Shown: one piece after another, positions 58,200-64,000 of the stretch | Position numbering within the stretch: the stretch's first letter is position 1 | How the letters are laid out: the number at the start of each line of letters is the position of its first letter | Source: Candidatus Dojkabacteria bacterium | GTDB taxonomy: Bacteria > Patescibacteriota > Dojkabacteria > JAFGLO01 | NCBI GenBank assembly: GCA_016927995.1 | Contig: JAFGLO010000004.1 | Location: 64,955 to 128,954, forward strand | Direction of reading: 5' to 3' | DNA length: 64,000 nucleotides | Notes under the pieces: generated by a model | What the model was told of the DNA's origin: nothing | The model's input: only the letters and a program-made list of their open reading frames with translations | The model's database searches: none | Position numbers and translations under genes: made by a program

Positions 58200-60413
58200 T
58201 TGAACGTGGAAATTAATGTAAAAAACCGAAGAATGAAGAAAAACCCCCAAACCATAATAACACTTGTGCTATTAACTTTATTGGTTGCCGGACTAGGATA
58301 CCTGATATATGCAGTTGCGGTCCCACTTCTTTCAAAGGTAACCGAATATGTGGAAAAAAACAACCAAACGATAGCAACAGCCGAGTTTTTTATATGGGAC
58401 CGTGATGGAAAAATACCGCTAAACTACATAAACGGCTCAAACTACAATTTCATAATAACAAAGGTAGAAAAGCTAACAGACGTTAAAATAAACAAGCACA
58501 TAGTACTTGACTATACAAACGGAGTTAACATAACCGAACTAAAAAACGATCCAATATCCAAAACCTACGGAGTAATCGGAATAATGATAAAAGCGAGCTA
58601 TCTAAACGATAATTTGTCCGAAATAAAAAGCTTGTGTAACGCAAACTATTGCAACATTCGTTATCTAACCCAGTTTTTTATATACGACGATACAGCTTTG
58701 TCTGAAAAAGCATCAACACTTGTAAAAAAATATCCTCAAACATTTTCGATTTTTTCCGAAAACTATATCCAGGACAATAAAACAACATACAATGGCTACG
58801 AAAACAAGATCTTTTCAATAGAACAGGTGGCTTGCGATGATCCTAATTGCATAAAGAAAACAGAAACAGAAGCCTTTATGGGAAATACCATGAAGCAGGC
58901 ACAAGACCGTAATGTTATATACCAGTTCGAATTTAGCGATAGGACCGATATGTACCACTTAAGTCAGTTGCCAAGAATAGTTCCAAGCGTTATTTATGAA
59001 GCAACACCAATTATAAAGTGGGATATTATTGCTCCGCATAATGGTGTTAATCAAAACGGTTATAGCTTGATTTTGTCCGACAGAACAAGAACATTTGAAG
59101 AGTACACTAGCAACTATCCAGTCGATATTTATATTGAAAAAGGAAATTCTCCCGAAAAGTCAGAACACACATACGAGTATTTAACTGGCAGATACACATC
59201 GCCATTTACCCAAGCCGAGCTGATTCCCGAAACAGAAGTAATTGGAAGTTCGCATAAATTACTTGTAAACGTGTGGGTTGATATTTCGTTTGGCGGATTT
59301 AAAAAGGCTGAAGGGTTTCTGCTGTACCCGGAAACCATCGATGTCGATTTTGACTTTTTAAGTTACACGCAAAATGCTGCAGTAGCAAATTTCGAACGAA
59401 TCGCCTGGATTCCATCATGGGGATTTACCCCTGCGCTTACAGTCCTAAATGCAAATCCAACTGCATATACAACACTAAGTCCTGTATGGTTCGAACCCAA
59501 TGAAACCGACGGCAGCCTTAATATTCTTGCAAACTACAACCATTCAACACTTTTTTATTTACAAAGTACGTATGGAGTCAAGATTGTGCCAACAATTGCA
59601 CTTGTTGAAGATCGTTCGGCCGATATCTTAAGTAACATTCTTAACAACCACCTCGATGCTCATGTGGATGCAATTGTAAATGAGGTTGTAACCAGTGGAT
59701 ATGATGGTATCGACATTGATTATGAATCCACATACTTAGCCGATGCAAACCTTCTTATGGAATTTGTCCAAAAACTCGGTACAAAACTTCACGAAAACGG
59801 AAAAATTCTAAGCTTTACCGTACTTCCCAAGTGGGGTGACTCAATTAACTACGGATATGCTCCACAAACCCATCAGGCTCAGGATTGGCAAAAAATCGGT
59901 GAATTTGCAGATCAGGTTAGAGTAATGGTTTATGATTATCGTGGATCTTCGTCATTTTATCCCGGACCTACGGTTCCTTACACTTGGTATTTAGCATGCC
60001 TCAGATATGGGATTAGTAAAGTTCCGCGCGAAAAGCTTATAATGGGTATTCCTTTGTATGGATATACCTGGGGTCTTGATGATAACTTTAGTGAAATTAC
60101 AAACCAAACCCTTAACGGTGCAGATATATATAAAGAACTTTGGAGTTTAGCTCCTTACGGAATGGAAAAGGTTGATCCTGTAGTTATTAGCGCATATTCA
60201 ACCGTCCCGACACAAGCATATGCACAATCAAACAAATATGCATATTATAACCATTATGATACGTGGAATCGTGAACATGTAAACATTTTTGTGGAATCTT
60301 ACCTTTGGTGGTATTCAAGTTATCTGTCAGAGGAAGATGTAAACGTAAGAATCAATGCTGCAGAGTCCGCTGGAGCGGGCGGTTTTGCAGTCTGGAGATT
60401 AGTAGAATATTAG
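58200..60413 (+). CDS. Membrane-anchored glycoside hydrolase family 18 protein
   Basis: YDGIDIDYE catalytic motif, MVYD, GIPLYGY, GFAVWRL. Confidence 0.88.
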   Translation: MNVEINVKNRRMKKNPQTIITLVLLTLLVAGLGYLIYAVAVPLLSKVTEYVEKNNQTIATAEFFIWDRDGKIPLNYINGSNYNFIITKVEKLTDVKINKHIVLDYTNGVNITELKNDPISKTYGVIGIMIKASYLNDNLSEIKSLCNANYCNIRYLTQFFIYDDTALSEKASTLVKKYPQTFSIFSENYIQDNKTTYNGYENKIFSIEQVACDDPNCIKKTETEAFMGNTMKQAQDRNVIYQFEFSDRTDMYHLSQLPRIVPSVIYEATPIIKWDIIAPHNGVNQNGYSLILSDRTRTFEEYTSNYPVDIYIEKGNSPEKSEHTYEYLTGRYTSPFTQAELIPETEVIGSSHKLLVNVWVDISFGGFKKAEGFLLYPETIDVDFDFLSYTQNAAVANFERIAWIPSWGFTPALTVLNANPTAYTTLSPVWFEPNETDGSLNILANYNHSTLFYLQSTYGVKIVPTIALVEDRSADILSNILNNHLDAHVDAIVNEVVTSGYDGIDIDYESTYLADANLLMEFVQKLGTKLHENGKILSFTVLPKWGDSINYGYAPQTHQAQDWQKIGEFADQVRVMVYDYRGSSSFYPGPTVPYTWYLACLRYGISKVPREKLIMGIPLYGYTWGLDDNFSEITNQTLNGADIYKELWSLAPYGMEKVDPVVISAYSTVPTQAYAQSNKYAYYNHYDTWNREHVNIFVESYLWWYSSYLSEEDVNVRINAAESAGAGGFAVWRLVEY

Positions 60414-60451
60414 ACTTGTTTCTTTTAGTTAGATAAACCGTACCCTTAATT

Positions 60452-61267
60452 ATGAGCCAAATAAAGAAATTTAAAATCCTAATTATTTCATGCTTGTTGA
60501 TTGTTTTAGTTTTATTATGCGTTCTTTTAATAACAGCATTTGTTTTTCCTTTGTACATAGAGGAGAGAACTTACGAGTTTGAAAGCAGTCTGGATCTTAA
60601 GATTGTGTTCTTTGGTGATATACATGCAGGAGTTTCGGAAACTAAAATTTCACTTGCTAACCTGGTAGAGCGTATCAATAAGTTGGAACCGGATTTAATA
60701 ATAATTGGGGGTGATTTTATAGAAGGATCTAAATCGGATCTTTCTGATCTTGACTCACTTTCAGAGTTAGACGCAACCTATGGTGTTTATGCCGTTCTAG
60801 GAAATCATGATTATCTGAACCTAAAAGAGGTGTTAGACAAACTTGACTACGAGCTTAAAATAAAACTTTTATTAAATAGCGGACAGGTTATCGAAACGAC
60901 AAAAGGCACATTGTATCTTTATGGAATTGATGATATCTGGAATGGCGAAATATACGATCCATTAGTAGATATGCCTTCAGCCGACTATTCCATTTTGATC
61001 TCACACAATCCTGCGGTTTTGTATGATACCGGTTTTGTTGAGCAGTTCAATCTTATCTTGGCTTCGCATACCCATGGAGGACAGGCTTGTGTTCCGATTA
61101 TTAATTATTGCCCCGTTTGGCCGTTTAAAGATCTTGAGCGAAAATACAGAACGGGACTGTTCGATTTAACAAACGATACCTCACTTATTATTTCTTCCGG
61201 AGTAGGTGAGAATTATTTCCCATTAAGAATTTTTGTTCGACCAACAATAGAGATTATAAAGTTGTAG
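60452..61267 (+). CDS. Metallophosphoesterase (YkuE/YaeI-like)
   Basis: GDIH, GGDF, LGNHD, SHNP, SHTHGGQ. Confidence 0.92.
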   Translation: MSQIKKFKILIISCLLIVLVLLCVLLITAFVFPLYIEERTYEFESSLDLKIVFFGDIHAGVSETKISLANLVERINKLEPDLIIIGGDFIEGSKSDLSDLDSLSELDATYGVYAVLGNHDYLNLKEVLDKLDYELKIKLLLNSGQVIETTKGTLYLYGIDDIWNGEIYDPLVDMPSADYSILISHNPAVLYDTGFVEQFNLILASHTHGGQACVPIINYCPVWPFKDLERKYRTGLFDLTNDTSLIISSGVGENYFPLRIFVRPTIEIIKL

Positions 61268-61281
61268 TGATAAAATAGGGT

Positions 61282-62094
61282 ATGAGAAATTTGTTAACTA
61301 TTACAAGCAAAGAAAACCCTAGAGTTAAGGAGCTTTTAAAGCTATCTACCAAGCGAGGTCGCGATAAGTTAGAGCTTTTTATTGTAGAGGGACTTAAAGA
61401 GGTGGAGGTGGCTGCTTCCGAAAAAGTAAAAATGGTTTCTGTATGGTTCTCTGAATCAGCAAGTGTAACTTCGGGAGTTAAGTCTTTTTTATCGGGTTTG
61501 TCAGAATCAATTTCTTTAGTACAAACGCCTGATATACTATTTAACAAGGTTTCATACAAAAACAAAAACGAAGGAATATTGGCGGTTTGTCAAAAGGAGG
61601 AAAGAAAACTTCCGGAACTATCGGATAGGCACGATAGTGAACCTTCGTGTATTCTTGTACTTGATAGAATTGATAAGCCGGGAAACATTGGTGCCCTTTT
61701 ACGAACAGCCGATGCGGTTAACGCAAGTGCCGTAATTATCACAAACCAATCTACCGATATGTTTAACCCAAGTGTGATTCGAAGCAGCGTTGGCACTTTT
61801 TTTACGGTTCCTTGGGTAGTGGCCTCTCAGGAGGAGACTAAAAAATTTCTTAAGTCTTTGCGATATATTGTAGTTGGAGCGGATCCTAGTGCAAAAAGAA
61901 CATATTTTCAAGAAAAATTGCCGGCTAAAATGGCGCTTGTTGTAGGTAATGAACATGAAGGGTTGTCGGAGTTTTGGAAGACCAATACCGATCTTAACGT
62001 TTCTATTCCTATGCTTGGTAAAAATGATTCGCTAAATGTAAATGCAGGCACTGGGGTAATTTTATATCATTGGTTACTTTCTGCTCGGAGCTAG
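61282..62094 (+). CDS. TrmH/SpoU family RNA methyltransferase
   Basis: FIVEG, DKPGNIGALLRTA, GNEHEGL, IPMLGKNDSLNV. Confidence 0.93.
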   Translation: MRNLLTITSKENPRVKELLKLSTKRGRDKLELFIVEGLKEVEVAASEKVKMVSVWFSESASVTSGVKSFLSGLSESISLVQTPDILFNKVSYKNKNEGILAVCQKEERKLPELSDRHDSEPSCILVLDRIDKPGNIGALLRTADAVNASAVIITNQSTDMFNPSVIRSSVGTFFTVPWVVASQEETKKFLKSLRYIVVGADPSAKRTYFQEKLPAKMALVVGNEHEGLSEFWKTNTDLNVSIPMLGKNDSLNVNAGTGVILYHWLLSARS

Positions 62095-62756
62095 AATCTC
62101 CTGATATAAAGTTTCGATATCAACGATTGGGATTTGTTTTTGTCTAAGTGATTTTTGAATATTGTTAATAATCTTTTCCATAAGAATGTGACCCAGACTA
62201 TAGTTTCCCATTCCATTTTTTGTATGAATAGTAATAAGCCGTTTAGGTTTTAGAATATTTAATACGTTTATTTCATCAATATGGGCAATAATGTATACAG
62301 AACCATCGGTTTCAAAAAAAATACGAGCATGAAGTCGCTTGTTTCCCGGTCCGCTTTGCAAGGTTAAAAGTCTTATCAAGTTGGCATTCTTGCCAAATAG
62401 CATGTGTAGCATCTTCTCCCAAGATGGAATAAAAAATCCTCCTAGGTTTGCAGTAATTCCAGAGTTACAGCCATGCCGCTGCTGCATTATTACCTGGACA
62501 TTAAATCCTGCATCATGGAACAGTCGATTGAATATAGGTTTTGTTATGTGGATTTTGGAAGTAAGCCTTATTGCATGTTGTGCATTTTGTATTCGTTATT
62601 AAGTATTCGTTTCTCACATTTTGTTTTAATCTTTCTTTGTGCCAGAAATTTTATAGGGACTATTTCAGATCGTAGGTCTGTAAGTTTTGAGTAAGCTGCG
62701 TGTTTGAATTCTTTTGGTCTGGTAAGGAACTTTGCTAGTCCAACAAAAAATGCCAA
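62074..62756 (-). pseudogene. Hypothetical gene apparently split by a frameshift near 62600
   Basis: ORFs 62568-62756 and 62074-62487 join in frame if 14 bp between two AACGAATAC repeats are removed. Confidence 0.45.
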
Positions 62757-62871
62757 GCTTTATTAGTATAAGTTTATGTTGTTTTAATAATAACTCGTTT
62801 TATTATCATGTCAATTTACTACTATGCGATTTCACTATATACTAAAATAATCTAAGTTTAGAAGGGATTAA

Positions 62872-63180
62872 ATGGACGATTGTATTTTCTGTAAAATTAT
62901 TAAAGGAGATATAAAGTCAAATATTAGATATGAAGATGATAATGTAATTGCGTTTGATGATATTAATCCTAAAGCTAAGGTTCATGTTTTGGTGGTGCCC
63001 AAAAAACATATACCGGATGTTAAGTCTATAACGGGTGATAAGACACAGCTTTGCAAATTTTTTGAATCGATCCAGAAGGTTATCCAAAAGGTTGAACTTG
63101 AAAATGGATATAAGCTATGTATTAATTCCGGAACGTATCAAGAAGTTCCTCATTTACATGTGCACTTAATGGCCGATTAA
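62872..63180 (+). CDS. HIT family nucleotide-binding protein
   Basis: DCIFCKII, DINPKAKVHVLVVPKKH, HLHVH. Confidence 0.95.
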   Translation: MDDCIFCKIIKGDIKSNIRYEDDNVIAFDDINPKAKVHVLVVPKKHIPDVKSITGDKTQLCKFFESIQKVIQKVELENGYKLCINSGTYQEVPHLHVHLMAD

Positions 63181-63336
63181 GGTTGGATTTGCTTAGCCTA
63201 TGGTGTAAAATAATAGAGCTATTATTGTTCTTGCGGGATCGTCTTCCCGATGGACAGAAACGTCCATACGGGATTAAACGCTAGTAGTATTTTGGAGGAG
63301 TTCAAAATGCTATCCGACGATTCCCATTGTTGTCAC

Positions 63337-63407
63337 TGCGGGATCGTCTAATGGTAGGACGGACGACTCTGAATCGTCTAATCGTGGTTCGAATCCACGT
63401 CCCGCAA
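63337..63407 (+). tRNA. tRNA-Gln(CTG)
   Basis: TGCGGGA/TCCCGCA acceptor stem, GACGA-CTCTGAA-TCGTC anticodon arm, GTTCGAA T-loop. Confidence 0.95.
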
Positions 63408-63557
63408 TATCCTGTGAGCTAAGGCGAACAGCTGATATTGCGTGTCCAGGGTGATTGGGGGCCCGCAACGTTCCTTGATTCGAACACACGATTCGTTTCT
63501 GGTTAAATTCTTCCCTAGAGTAGATGACAGGTATCAATTTTTCTGAGACAATAGATT

Positions 63558-64000
63558 ATGACAAAAGCTAGAAATACAAGTACTGGTCAAAATTCCATTG
63601 TCCTTTTTAACCAGGTACAGGTTCGTCGCTATTGGGATAGGGATAACGAGCTATGGTATTTTTCAATAATTGATGTAGTCGCTATATTAACAGGTTCAAC
63701 AACACCAAGAAGATATTGGAGTGACTTAAAATTTAGGTTAAGGGAAGAAGGAAGTGAAGTGTACGATAAAATCGTACAGTTGAAATTAATGGCAGCCGAT
63801 GGGAAAAAACGTAGTACAGACTGTTTCTCAACTGAAGACCTGCTTCGTGTAATCCAGTCTATTCCTTCGCCTAAGGCTGAACCATTTAAACTTTGGCTTG
63901 CGAGAGTAGGGTACGAAAGAATAGAAGAAACAGAGGATCCAGAGCTTGCAATGGAGCGGGCTATGAAAACTTATCTTAAGAAGGGTTATTCACAAAATTG
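63558..64000 (+). CDS. Bro-N domain (antirepressor-like) protein, 3' truncated by window
   Basis: My translation: VRRYWD..WYFSIIDVV..PRRYWSDLK..QLKLMAADGK..IQSIPSPKAEPFKLWLA. Confidence 0.88.
   Translation, partial: MTKARNTSTGQNSIVLFNQVQVRRYWDRDNELWYFSIIDVVAILTGSTTPRRYWSDLKFRLREEGSEVYDKIVQLKLMAADGKKRSTDCFSTEDLLRVIQSIPSPKAEPFKLWLARVGYERIEETEDPELAMERAMKTYLKKGYSQN

Noticed and set aside
63310-63537. 75-aa minus-strand ORF
   Set aside because: It is antisense to tRNA-Gln.

Overview
About 37% GC bacterial chromosome segment (GC estimated by eye) using standard code 11. Gene content (C-terminally short AlaRS, mraZ-rsmH-ftsL-ftsI without adjacent mur genes, PEGA/cohesin surface proteins) suggests Patescibacteria/CPR, possibly Dojkabacteria or Microgenomates-like; this is inference. 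Most of the window is housekeeping: argS, typA, recG, PBP1A, alaS, mreB, nfo, trpS, gyrA, trxB, eno, the dcw head, rpmA, rsmI, tsaB/tsaC and three tRNAs. The unusual signal is non-coding. (1) Two tRNA loci (Pro-GGG, Gln-CTG) share one architecture: an upstream 5' tRNA copy interrupted by hairpins, the intact tRNA, then downstream acceptor-stem minihelix mimics. At tRNA-Pro a small GIY-YIG nuclease gene sits inside the cassette. (2) An Ala-specifier T-box with an ultrashort Stem I precedes alaS. (3) A RAYT transposase has a GTAGGGAC REP family, three copies of which lie in frame inside argS. (4) A separate dispersed repeat of 8-mer arrays around a ~90-nt hairpin occurs at several intergenic sites. 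All calls were made by eye with no database searches.
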